From Bacteroidota bacterium (GTDB lineage: Bacteria > Bacteroidota > Ignavibacteria > UBA10030), in NCBI GenBank assembly GCA_049644265.1, contig JBARRO010000139.1, positions 5,462 through 69,461 of the forward strand: DNA of 64,000 bases. The letters run 5' to 3'. Each line of letters begins with the position of its first letter. Position 1 is the stretch's first letter. The translations under genes were made by a program, and so were the position numbers. The notes under the pieces are model-generated. The model did no database searches. It had not been told where the DNA came from and was given only the letters and a program-made list of their open reading frames with translations. Positions 19,190-28,329 of this stretch are shown one piece after another.

Positions 19190-22069
19190 TTAGGGTGTTG
19201 AGTCCCGACCCTTATCGCTGACGTTCCCTTCATCTTTCAATGCATGTAGAATCGCATCGTGAATTCTGGGGCGAGCGCGTGCTATTCTGCCGAAGTTGCG
19301 ACTCGGATAAACACGATTCGTGAGGAGGACAATAATCACGTTCTTTTCCGGGTCCGCGACGACAGAAGTTCCTGTGAATCCCGTATGAAGAAACGTCTTC
19401 ATCGACGTGAGCGTTCCGGAGAACGATCGCCCGGAAGTCTTCGTATCCCATCCAATTGCCCTGCTGTCCTTTTCCGACTGACGCTCGATGAACCTGGAAA
19501 TAGTCTCTTTGCTGATGTAGCGCTTTCCTCCGTAGGTGCCGCCGTTGAGAAGCATTTGCATGAAGATCGCAAGGTCCGAGGTTGTCGAAAACAGACCCGC
19601 ATGGCCCGACACTCCTCCGAGCGTCGCCGCATTCTCGTCATGCACGCGGCCACGCACAGCCACTCCCGTGTGGCGCCAATACGTATCAACCTCCGTCGGG
19701 GCGATTCGGTCGATGAGGCGCTGCGGAGGATTGTACGTCGTGCTCCTCATCCCGAGCGGCTTGAAGAACAAAGAGTCCACGTACTTGTCCAGTCCGACGC
19801 CGGTGATTCTTTCTATCACCTTTCCTGTCGTAATTAATCCGAGGTCACTATACAAGGTCGAATCACCTGTTTTGTAGATCAGTCCTGTGGCAAAGACCGA
19901 GTCGACAACGCACTGGGAATCCTGACAGAAATCGTAGAATCGCCTCCATGCCGGCAGTCCGCTGTTGTGAACCATCAGGTTGTAGAGCGTGATGTTCTCT
20001 TTTCCGTTTTGTCCAAACCGCGGGAGATACTGCACAACCCGGTCTTCCAGTCTCAACTTCCCTTCGTCTACAAGCCTCATTACTGCGCTTGTTGTTGCGA
20101 TGACTTTTGTGACTGACGCGAGGTCGTAGATGGTGTTGACGTCAACACGCTTTGAATAGAGCCCGTACTCGTAGCCGCCGAATGCTTTGTTGTAGACTAT
20201 GACCCCATTCCTCGCGGCGAGGAGGACACCGCCCGGGAAGGCCGAATCTTGTATCGATGATTCTACGACATCGTCAACCTTTTGAAGTTCGGCTCTGTCG
20301 AATCCAACTTCCTCCGGCGCTCCAGTTCTCATCGTTGTTTTTGGATACTCAATGCCGTCGCCGAAATTGTAGACTCCCGGTACGGTGATCGGCAGTTTCC
20401 CCACCGCAGGAGATTCTGCAAACAGCACTTCCGCGGCGGCCTGCTCCATGACGTCCGCATCGGAGTACGTGCACACATACGCGTCGACCTGCGGAAACTC
20501 CATGACTACGTATGGATTTCCGAACGAGACAGCAACGACAGGTTTTTTCAAAGCGAGGAGATTCTGCATCAACGCCGCCAGCTTGGGATCGACGAACCCG
20601 GTCATTTCACCGGAGCGGGTGTAGAGATGAAGCTGACAAAGCAGGATATCGGCGGTCTTTGCTTTCACGAGGAGCGAATCGTACTCCATCCGGTTGCTTC
20701 GGGGATCAATCGTCGCACGGCCAACCCTCCCACGCCGGGCCTGAAGAAGCCGATGGAACCCGTCGCCGGCAGAGGGATCCTCCGTGTCGGAAATAATGAC
20801 GTCGAGGATTTTCGTCGTGTCCGTCTTCGGAAGAGGCAGAATGCCGCTCTTGTTTCCCAGGACCGTCACCGCTTTGCGCGCGATTTCCGTCGCGAGCAAC
20901 TGATGCGGCCGCGTGCCAACCTGCTCGTAGATTTTGGCAACATCAACGTATCGATTAGCATCCAAACCCATTCGCTGTTTGATCTTCAGCAGTTTCCGGA
21001 CCGAACCGTTGATCCGCTCTTCAGTTATTTCTCCGTTCTTCACTGCAGCGACGATGGCATCGACGGCGAGGTCGGGGTCTACAGGCATGAGAACCAGGTC
21101 GACTCCGGCCTTGATAGCGAGGACCGCCGCCTCGCCCGGCGCATATTTTTTCGCCACACCGGCCATTTGCATGGCATCAGTGACCACAAGTCCGTCGAAC
21201 TTCAATTCGTCTTTGAGGAGCTTCGTCGTGATGTTCGGCGAGACCGTTGCTGGAACGCCTGGAACTGAATCGTAGACGGGAACTGCGAGATGACCGATCA
21301 TCACGGAGAGAGCTCCCGCGTTGAATGACTGGACGTATGGGGGAAGGTCACGTTTCTCCAACACGTCTTTGCCAAAGTTCAGAATGGAAAGACCAAGATG
21401 AGTGTCAACGTCCGTGTCCCCGTGTCCGGGGAAATGCTTCACGGTGGCGATCATGCCGCCGTCCTGGGTCCCTTTCACGAATGCGGCTCCCATTTCGGAA
21501 ACCAGTTTCACCTCATCGCCAAACGCCCGAGTGTTGATGACGGGATTCTTCGGGTTGACGTTCACGTCGATATCGGGTGCGTAGTTCTGATGAACTCCGA
21601 GCGCTCGTCCCTCGATTGCCGTGACCTTGCCGACTTCGTAGGCATAGCCAGGATTTCTCGTCGCTCCGATCGCCATCGCCCGCGGAAACGTCGTCGAGCC
21701 ATGGACGCGCATCCCGACACCGTATTCAAAATCTCCTGCAATGAGCAGCGGAACATCGGCGTGTTCCTGGAGCTTGTTGATTTGCACGGCGTATTCGTAC
21801 ACATCTCCGATAGAGAAGATGAATCCTCCGAGTTTCCTCTCCTGAGTGAGGCGTTCAAGCTCTTGCCACCGGTCCGAGTCCTTCGGATAGTATTTCCCGA
21901 GCGTCCAGACAAAAACCAGCTGGGAGACTTTTTGTTCAAGCGGAAGACGCTGAAGGGTTGATTCAACCCAGTCGGGACCCACTGAGACGGTGGTTTGTGG
22001 GGGTATGGATGTGGAACAGCCGAGTCCAAGGAGGATAACGAAAACGAAAATTGTGAGTGATTTGGTCAT
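19190..22069 (-). CDS. nagZ: Bifunctional beta-N-acetylhexosaminidase (GH3, NagZ-like) fused to a beta-lactamase-fold serine hydrolase; lipoprotein
   Basis: 959 aa. Lipoprotein signal with LGC lipobox. N-terminal GH3 motifs KHFPGHG and Asp nucleophile region GLVVTDAMQMAGV. C-terminal domain carries an SxxK motif (SVTK) and beta-lactamase-fold features. Confidence 0.85.
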   Translation of the reverse strand: MTKSLTIFVFVILLGLGCSTSIPPQTTVSVGPDWVESTLQRLPLEQKVSQLVFVWTLGKYYPKDSDRWQELERLTQERKLGGFIFSIGDVYEYAVQINKLQEHADVPLLIAGDFEYGVGMRVHGSTTFPRAMAIGATRNPGYAYEVGKVTAIEGRALGVHQNYAPDIDVNVNPKNPVINTRAFGDEVKLVSEMGAAFVKGTQDGGMIATVKHFPGHGDTDVDTHLGLSILNFGKDVLEKRDLPPYVQSFNAGALSVMIGHLAVPVYDSVPGVPATVSPNITTKLLKDELKFDGLVVTDAMQMAGVAKKYAPGEAAVLAIKAGVDLVLMPVDPDLAVDAIVAAVKNGEITEERINGSVRKLLKIKQRMGLDANRYVDVAKIYEQVGTRPHQLLATEIARKAVTVLGNKSGILPLPKTDTTKILDVIISDTEDPSAGDGFHRLLQARRGRVGRATIDPRSNRMEYDSLLVKAKTADILLCQLHLYTRSGEMTGFVDPKLAALMQNLLALKKPVVAVSFGNPYVVMEFPQVDAYVCTYSDADVMEQAAAEVLFAESPAVGKLPITVPGVYNFGDGIEYPKTTMRTGAPEEVGFDRAELQKVDDVVESSIQDSAFPGGVLLAARNGVIVYNKAFGGYEYGLYSKRVDVNTIYDLASVTKVIATTSAVMRLVDEGKLRLEDRVVQYLPRFGQNGKENITLYNLMVHNSGLPAWRRFYDFCQDSQCVVDSVFATGLIYKTGDSTLYSDLGLITTGKVIERITGVGLDKYVDSLFFKPLGMRSTTYNPPQRLIDRIAPTEVDTYWRHTGVAVRGRVHDENAATLGGVSGHAGLFSTTSDLAIFMQMLLNGGTYGGKRYISKETISRFIERQSEKDSRAIGWDTKTSGRSFSGTLTSMKTFLHTGFTGTSVVADPEKNVIIVLLTNRVYPSRNFGRIARARPRIHDAILHALKDEGNVSDKGRDSTP

Positions 22070-22177
22070 GAGATGTGGAGGGCGATAAGTTGAGAGATCA
22101 GTGTTCAGTTTACCCGCCGGGTGACTTATCTGGAATTTCTGTCGTCTGCAATCTGTAATCTGTCGTCTGCACTCTGT

Positions 22178-23458
22178 TCACGCTTTCTTTTTTCCGAATT
22201 CCGGGTCGATTTTCACGAGCGCTGCCACGAGGAAGCCGGGGATCGTGGAAGCCATGACCCAGAGGAAGAAATTCTTGTAGCCGATGGCATCCTGGATTGC
22301 TCCGCTGAACATTCCGGGGAGCATCATCCCGAGGGCCATGAATCCCGTGCAGATGGCATAGTGCGCGGTTTTATAGCGCCCTTCGGAAACCAGGATCATG
22401 AACATCATGTATGCAGTAAATCCGAATCCGTATCCGAATTGCTCCACGGCTACGGCCGCGTTAATAAACAACAGGTTCGTCGGCTGCACATGAGAAAGGT
22501 AGACGAACATTGCATCGGGAAGATGTATGGACAGGACCATGATCCAGAGCCAGAACTTGAGCCCCTTCTTCGCGATCACAAAGCCGCCGAGCAATCCGCC
22601 GAGCGTCAGAGCAATGATGCCGACCGTGCCGTAGACAATTCCGACTTCGCTTGTGGTGAGGCCGAGCCCGCCTTTGTCCCGTGCGTCGAGGAGAAACGGC
22701 GATACGAGTTTGACCAGCTGAGCTTCGGCAAACCGATACAGGAGAAGAAAGGCAAGAATAGTAATGATCTCCTTGCGCTTGAAGAACACAACGAACACTT
22801 CGAGGAATTTTGTGACAACTCCTGAGGATCCTTCACCAGGGTTTGAAACGTCGGATACGGGATACGGGAGGAGGAATTTGTGATAGATGAAGAACAGCAG
22901 GAAGAGGCCGGCGAGCAATCCGAAGGCAATCGACCAGGCAACCGTAATGCTTCCGCTGGTCGTTTCGATCGATCCCGCGAGAACCACGAGGGCGCCCTGA
23001 GCCGTGATCATCGCTATTCGATAGAAAGTGCTGCGTACTCCGACGAACGCCGCCTGCTGATGCTCCGGAAGAGCAAGCATGTAGAAGCCATCTGCAGCGA
23101 TATCGTGCGTCGCAGAGCTGAACGCCATGAGCCAGAATACCGCAAGCGTGTATTGGAAGAACGACGGCAGTGGAATCGTCAGCGCGACCCCAGCGAGTCC
23201 TGCTCCGATGAGTAGCTGCATCGTAATGATCCAGAATCGCTTGGTCTTGAGAATGTCGACCACAGGGCTCCACAGCGGCTTGATGACCCACGGGAGGTAG
23301 AGCCAGCTTGTATACAGGGCGATGTCGGTGTTCGAGATCCCCATACGTTTGTACATGATGACGGAAACCGTCATCACAACGACGTACGGAAGGCCCTCGG
23401 CAAAGTAAAGAGTCGGGACCCAAGCCCAGGGATTGCGGGATGCGGGAGTAGAGGCCAT
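22178..23458 (-). CDS. ampG: Muropeptide MFS transporter AmpG family
   Basis: 426 aa, 12 TM. N-terminus WVPTLYFAEGLPYVVV and overall AmpG-like sequence. Confidence 0.85.
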   Translation of the reverse strand: MASTPASRNPWAWVPTLYFAEGLPYVVVMTVSVIMYKRMGISNTDIALYTSWLYLPWVIKPLWSPVVDILKTKRFWIITMQLLIGAGLAGVALTIPLPSFFQYTLAVFWLMAFSSATHDIAADGFYMLALPEHQQAAFVGVRSTFYRIAMITAQGALVVLAGSIETTSGSITVAWSIAFGLLAGLFLLFFIYHKFLLPYPVSDVSNPGEGSSGVVTKFLEVFVVFFKRKEIITILAFLLLYRFAEAQLVKLVSPFLLDARDKGGLGLTTSEVGIVYGTVGIIALTLGGLLGGFVIAKKGLKFWLWIMVLSIHLPDAMFVYLSHVQPTNLLFINAAVAVEQFGYGFGFTAYMMFMILVSEGRYKTAHYAICTGFMALGMMLPGMFSGAIQDAIGYKNFFLWVMASTIPGFLVAALVKIDPEFGKKKA

Positions 23459-23773
23459 GAGAGTGATAAGGTTTAATAAGGAGTATTCAGTTCGTTGGAT
23501 ATTGGGTGTTGGTTATTGAGTGTTGGACATTGAAAAAGATTCAATTTCCAATAACGAATGTTTGGGAGTTGGGCATTGAAAAAAGACTCAACATCCAATA
23601 GCATCGTCCGATGTCCAATTACCAAGGAGTAAGACCTTGAGAGTTGATCATTGGGAGTTGGAAATTGAAAGCTGAAAGATTCAAATTCCAATACCCAACA
23701 ATCAACATCCAACGTTCAAGGGAACACACCTTGGACATTGGAAATTGGCTATTGGAGATTGGACATTGAATCT
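23459..23773. repeat. Cluster of TTGGA(C/A)ATTGA...TCAAT(G/T)TCCAA hairpin repeats
   Basis: At least five imperfect inverted-repeat units (for example ttggaaattgaa-agctgaaaga-ttcaaattccaa) fill the whole 315-bp gap between ampG and the spoIID-like gene. Confidence 0.7.
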
Positions 23774-25102
23774 TCAATACAGTTTCTGAAGTTCCGCCCC
23801 ACGAAAATAGTGTTTCACAATTTCTTCCGCGCCGAATCCTTTGGCAGCCATCACGGCAGCGCCGATCTGGCAAAGTCCGACTCCGTGTCCCCAACCACCG
23901 CCGCGGAGCGTGAATTGTGTTGGAGTTCCCTGCGAGTCCTTTTCCGTCTCCACAATGAACGCGGAGCTGTACAGATGACTCTTCGAAAGCCACCGACGGA
24001 TTTCCAGTTCTTTTCCTACAACAATCGTCTTTTTGGTCCCCTCAATCCTGAGCCGGAAGATTCTGCCCGACGGACCACGCTGCAACGGGACCAGGTTCAG
24101 GATGGTTCCAAAGTCAATGCCCGACTTCGACTTGATAAGTTCTTCGAGCGCTTCGCGATTGTAGACCACCGTCCAACGGAAGAAATCCGTGGTTTCCTGG
24201 TCAAACGACGGCAGGACCTGTTTCAGAATCTTTCCGTCCGCGGTGTTGCAATACGCGTCGGGGGAAGAATGAAGCCACTCAGCTGCGCGGGATTCAGTGA
24301 CAACGGGAGCGTAGTGATTTGCTGAATCGGAAACGGAGCTGAGATACGGGATGGACAACTCTTCCCAACAGCTTTCAAACAGCTCCGACAGCCCTCCGCA
24401 AGACTTGGAGAATCGCGCATCGCAAACCTGATTATCGTGAATCAGAAACGTGCCCCGGGTTGCTTCCACGGCCTCGGCGGCGGCCTTCGAAATGATTTTC
24501 GTGAGGCCTTGGTAGCGCTGGCAATGGTCGTCCGCACAAACGTCGAACAGGGCATGATCCTCGCGGTCATACCAGCGAACAATTTCCTCTGCAGTCTGGC
24601 GCGATCTCTGCGAAGGGACGCCGACGTTCTTCTTTTCCCGTTCAAGCATCGCGACGAGCCAGCTTCGGGAGGTGATCGCGTGGGCCTTGAGCAAGTCAAT
24701 CGGAGCTTCCGCGCTCATTTCCGATGAGATGACACTCTTGAGGTATTCTTCAACACCGACCTCGTTGATGGCTGTAATGGTGCCATCCTCCCTGGCGAGC
24801 AGGCGAAGACTGCCGGGAAATGTCTGCGTCTCCCTCCGCTCCCAGTGAAATCCGACTCCAATCGTCACGTTCGCAAGCTTGAACGGCAGACCCTCGAGCG
24901 GTTTGCAGAGGAATTCCTTCTGCCGGATAATTTCTTTCCCGGTTTTGTTCTTAAGAACCACTGCACCATGTTCGACGCTCGCGGTAAATTCCCCCTGGAC
25001 TCCAAACACATTCCCTACAACAAATTTCCCGTCAAACGACCCTTCGACGCGAGGCTCGTGCTCGAACATTCCGACGGTGATAAGGGGCTCTTTGGAAACC
25101 AT
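23774..25102 (-). CDS. SpoIID/LytB domain protein
   Basis: 442 aa. C-terminal SpoIID signature GGGWGHGVGLCQIGA. Confidence 0.8.
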   Translation of the reverse strand: MVSKEPLITVGMFEHEPRVEGSFDGKFVVGNVFGVQGEFTASVEHGAVVLKNKTGKEIIRQKEFLCKPLEGLPFKLANVTIGVGFHWERRETQTFPGSLRLLAREDGTITAINEVGVEEYLKSVISSEMSAEAPIDLLKAHAITSRSWLVAMLEREKKNVGVPSQRSRQTAEEIVRWYDREDHALFDVCADDHCQRYQGLTKIISKAAAEAVEATRGTFLIHDNQVCDARFSKSCGGLSELFESCWEELSIPYLSSVSDSANHYAPVVTESRAAEWLHSSPDAYCNTADGKILKQVLPSFDQETTDFFRWTVVYNREALEELIKSKSGIDFGTILNLVPLQRGPSGRIFRLRIEGTKKTIVVGKELEIRRWLSKSHLYSSAFIVETEKDSQGTPTQFTLRGGGWGHGVGLCQIGAAVMAAKGFGAEEIVKHYFRGAELQKLY

Positions 25103-25103
25103 T

Positions 25104-25172
25104 GGGAGTTTCTAGTTTCTAGTTTCTGGTTTCTGGTTTAGAGTTTAGAGTTTAGAGTTTCTAGTTTCTGCG
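25104..25172. repeat. GAGTTTC/TAGTTTC heptamer array
   Basis: Sequence gagtttctagtttctagtttctggtttctggtttagagtttagagtttagagtttctagtttctg. Confidence 0.7.
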
Positions 25173-25203
25173 CCGAGCCGAGGATCGCAGAGTTGCTGAA
25201 TGC

Positions 25204-26175
25204 TCATTCAGCCCTTGCGATCTTCTGCATATCGTCGTCCTCGATGGTTACCTCACGAAAGATCGCTTCGACCATCTTTGCGTCCAGACTTCGAAAATCC
25301 TTTTCGCGGGGAGTGACGATGAGTCCGCCGATGTCGACAGCAGCCGGACTGATCAGGACCTGCTTATCACCCTTCTTGAAGTACACTTCGGGTCGGTGTT
25401 TTCGACGCGGGAATACAATGAGCCGCCACAAACGGCCGGTGCAGGAACAAAGGACATTCATCATTGGCTCTTCAACCGTTCCAAAAGCGTGTTTCCACAC
25501 CTTCAGAAGATTCAAGAACGAGTTTTCGAGTTCGGATTGGTCCTTCGACTCCAGCACAACGACTTGTCGGCCATAGTTTTGGAGCAAGAACTTCGAAACA
25601 GATCCCTTGTTTTTCAACAGAACCCGTCGCTTCGGATCCAGCGCTTCTTTTTCCACCGGTATTGCTCCGGAAGGACTCGCCTGAAAATGCATATGGTCTG
25701 GGGCGGAGGCCCCACATCGAGGCCCGTTGTAGAAAACTGTGAAGCCCGGACTCAGGTCTTTCGCCAGGTTCAAAAACGTGTGAACGAACGGCTCGAGCGA
25801 CTGCGGTATATGCGCGAGATTGGAAATCGTATAGTGTTGCCTGAAGATTGGAGCCGGATTGCAGAGGACGAGAAAATCCTCCCCGTACAATATCCCCTGC
25901 TGCTCTTTGGGCAGGTTTTCGACACACAGAAAGCAGGGCCGCGCTTCGATCGACTTCGCATCTACCTTTGCGCCGGTGCTGACAATCCTGCCAGGATTCC
26001 ATTGGAGCCACGCCGAGAATCCCGTGCACTGAATTTCACGGATCTGGATCTTTTCCAAGGAAGCGTAGCCCGCGGCGAGCGTTTTCCACGATCGCTTCTG
26101 TTGCTCGAGCAACTGGAGCGATAGCGAACTCAGACTCGCACCACCACGACGAAATGTTTTGAAGAGCTTATCCAC
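25204..26175 (-). CDS. HIT-superfamily GalT-like protein (HxHxQ motif), DUF4922-like
   Basis: 323 aa, GTG start. Contains HMHFQ (GalT/Ap4A-phosphorylase-branch HIT motif) and a CFLC pair. Family assignment is from memory. Confidence 0.5.
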   Translation of the reverse strand: MDKLFKTFRRGGASLSSLSLQLLEQQKRSWKTLAAGYASLEKIQIREIQCTGFSAWLQWNPGRIVSTGAKVDAKSIEARPCFLCVENLPKEQQGILYGEDFLVLCNPAPIFRQHYTISNLAHIPQSLEPFVHTFLNLAKDLSPGFTVFYNGPRCGASAPDHMHFQASPSGAIPVEKEALDPKRRVLLKNKGSVSKFLLQNYGRQVVVLESKDQSELENSFLNLLKVWKHAFGTVEEPMMNVLCSCTGRLWRLIVFPRRKHRPEVYFKKGDKQVLISPAAVDIGGLIVTPREKDFRSLDAKMVEAIFREVTIEDDDMQKIARAE

Positions 26176-26291
26176 GAAGAAATACCACGAAGGTCACTAA
26201 GGACACAAAGGAAAGAAATAATATTGAGAGAGAATCGTTGGACCGATTTCGAATAAAACCCTTAGTGTTCTTCGTGTCCTTCGTGGTTCAC
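26172..26291. repeat. CACGAAGG / CCTTCGTG word repeats arranged as an inverted pair
   Basis: ccacgaaggtcactaaggacacaaagg...aatattgag at the left, and cccttagtgttcttcgtgtccttcgtgg at the right. Confidence 0.65.
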
Positions 26292-26803
26292 TTTCCTTTC
26301 TTGACAGACTGAACCGGAACATACCCAATATAGTGGTTGACCTTCGTGGAGCCCATGGTGAAGGGCTCTTCTTCTGCGACCTGGAATCCCATACCCTTAT
26401 ACCAATCCACCGCCGAGCGGTTTTCCACCATCACTCCCAGCCAGATTCTATCCAACCCATGTGAGACAGCTTCGTCGGCAGCCATCACCATGAGTGTTCG
26501 CCCGATGCCCTTGCTTTGAAACTCCGGAAGTATATAAAGGGAGGAAACATAATGCCGTTCTTCTTCTTTGTTGAACTTTGTACGTACAAATCCGGCAACG
26601 GTGCCTTCGGCTTCTGCCACAAATCCGTTCACCGTCGGGTCCGCGAAGAGTTTCTTCATCGACGCTTCGTCGTAGGTTTTTTCGAGATAAGATGTGAGGT
26701 CGGATTCCGGAATGAACGAATACGCATCGAGCCATGTCTTCCGGAGAATTTCGCGGATGGGGGACAGGTCTCGTTCCTGCCATCGGCGGTACGTGATGGT
26801 CAT
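26288..26803 (-). CDS. GNAT family N-acetyltransferase
   Basis: 171 aa. Acetyl-CoA-binding motif QSKGIGRTLM and a GNAT fold. Confidence 0.8.
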   Translation of the reverse strand: MTITYRRWQERDLSPIREILRKTWLDAYSFIPESDLTSYLEKTYDEASMKKLFADPTVNGFVAEAEGTVAGFVRTKFNKEEERHYVSSLYILPEFQSKGIGRTLMVMAADEAVSHGLDRIWLGVMVENRSAVDWYKGMGFQVAEEEPFTMGSTKVNHYIGYVPVQSVKKGK

Positions 26804-28278
26804 CCCTTCTTCCCCGACCGGTTCATCTGCTGGCGGGCAAGCATCTCAATCGTGCGGATCCTGTCCTTGTAGGAATCGTTGCGGTTGGCTTTTTCCACGG
26901 AGAGCGCGGCGTCGGTGTTACCCTCCCAGCGCCTGCAAAGATAGATGGGCTCGAAAATTCTGCCGATCTGATATTCGCGTGACAGCCGGAGAGCAACTGC
27001 ATAATCTTCGCCGTAGCTGACGTTGGGAAGTTTCACTTCTCTCAGCAATGCAGTGTTAAAGGCCCGCGGGGCGCCAAGGCCATTGATCCGAAGCGCATTG
27101 TTGCGGCCGTTACCGGGAGTCCATTCTTTGTGGTCGATCAGTCCGGGAGGTATCTCTTCAAGCTTCATGTTCACAAGTTTGTACGAACCAATGACCATGG
27201 CGTAGTGACCACCGCGGAAGAGATCGACAACTTTTTGGAGCGTGGTGTCTCCGCTGTAGATATCGTCTGAATCAAGCTGGACTGCATAGCGTCCACAGTA
27301 TTCCGACTGAACGGCTTCATTCCAGCACCCTCCGATGCCGAGGTCCTGGCGGGAGGGGATAAGATGTTTCACCAACCGGTTTTGACCGGACAGGTCTGAT
27401 AGTATCCGCGTTGTTCCGTCCGTCGAATGGTTGTCGACCACGATAATGTTGAAAGGAAAATCTGTCTTCTGCTTCATCACGCTGTTCACCGCATCGCCGA
27501 TGGTCAGCTCCCGGTTGCGAACCGGAATGATCACACTCGCTTCAGTCACGAACGCCGCTGTAGACTTCGGGACTTTCTTGAATTTTGGCTTCAGATACAC
27601 TTCAACGTTCTTCAGGTGCCGGGTGGCGACATCCTCCAATTCTATCTGCACCTGCCGGTTCTTCGGGTCGACGTAATCGAAGAGTTTCTCTCCAGTCTTC
27701 CGGAGATCCGACTCAACAGCCGTGCAGAGATATTCCTGGATGTGAAAGAGGGAATGGTCGATCGAAACTTTCAATCGCAAATCGTAGAGCCCGGCCCGTT
27801 CAACGATGCTGATTGCTCCGTAGCGCTTCAGGGCTTTTCTGATCGCTGCCGTTCCAAAGAGCATCAAGGGGCCAAAATCGAAGCCATCGCGGATGCTGCC
27901 GAACTGATAGTCATTTACGGGATGCTCCGACCGAATACCGTTCTTCACGTCAAAATAATCCGCATAGACCATTCCCACACCCGGAAGCTCTGCCAAGGCG
28001 ACCAATCGCTCAAGTGCGGACTGACCCAGCTGAATTTCCTGTGAACGAGTCGCAAAGAGAACGAAGTCAGTCTTTATTTTTGCGATCAGTTCATTGACCG
28101 TCTTTCCCGAGGTGAACGCGTCCGAGCGGACTCCTTCGCAGTTTGGGTAGGAGCCGGCAAAATCCCCGCCATGCACGACGAAGATCTTCTGGACGAGAGA
28201 CGAAGTGAAAAATTGTTTGAGGGTATTCTGAAAATCCAGATTGGGATTGTAAGGCAGAACAACAGAGATCGAACTCAT
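26800..28278 (-). CDS. Family-2 glycosyltransferase (two GT2-like modules)
   Basis: ORF 26800-28299. Probable ATG at 28278 (MSSISVVLPYNPN). A second GT2 core is SVIIPVRNRE...VVDNHSTDGT. Confidence 0.75.
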   Translation of the reverse strand: MSSISVVLPYNPNLDFQNTLKQFFTSSLVQKIFVVHGGDFAGSYPNCEGVRSDAFTSGKTVNELIAKIKTDFVLFATRSQEIQLGQSALERLVALAELPGVGMVYADYFDVKNGIRSEHPVNDYQFGSIRDGFDFGPLMLFGTAAIRKALKRYGAISIVERAGLYDLRLKVSIDHSLFHIQEYLCTAVESDLRKTGEKLFDYVDPKNRQVQIELEDVATRHLKNVEVYLKPKFKKVPKSTAAFVTEASVIIPVRNRELTIGDAVNSVMKQKTDFPFNIIVVDNHSTDGTTRILSDLSGQNRLVKHLIPSRQDLGIGGCWNEAVQSEYCGRYAVQLDSDDIYSGDTTLQKVVDLFRGGHYAMVIGSYKLVNMKLEEIPPGLIDHKEWTPGNGRNNALRINGLGAPRAFNTALLREVKLPNVSYGEDYAVALRLSREYQIGRIFEPIYLCRRWEGNTDAALSVEKANRNDSYKDRIRTIEMLARQQMNRSGKKG

Positions 28279-28329
28279 GCGATTGAGGCTTTCATTCAAC
28301 AGTTGGATAAAACTACGAGACGGCGAATG

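Noticed and set aside
20282-21268. 328-aa plus-strand ORF
   Set aside because: Antisense to the nagZ::beta-lactamase-fold gene.
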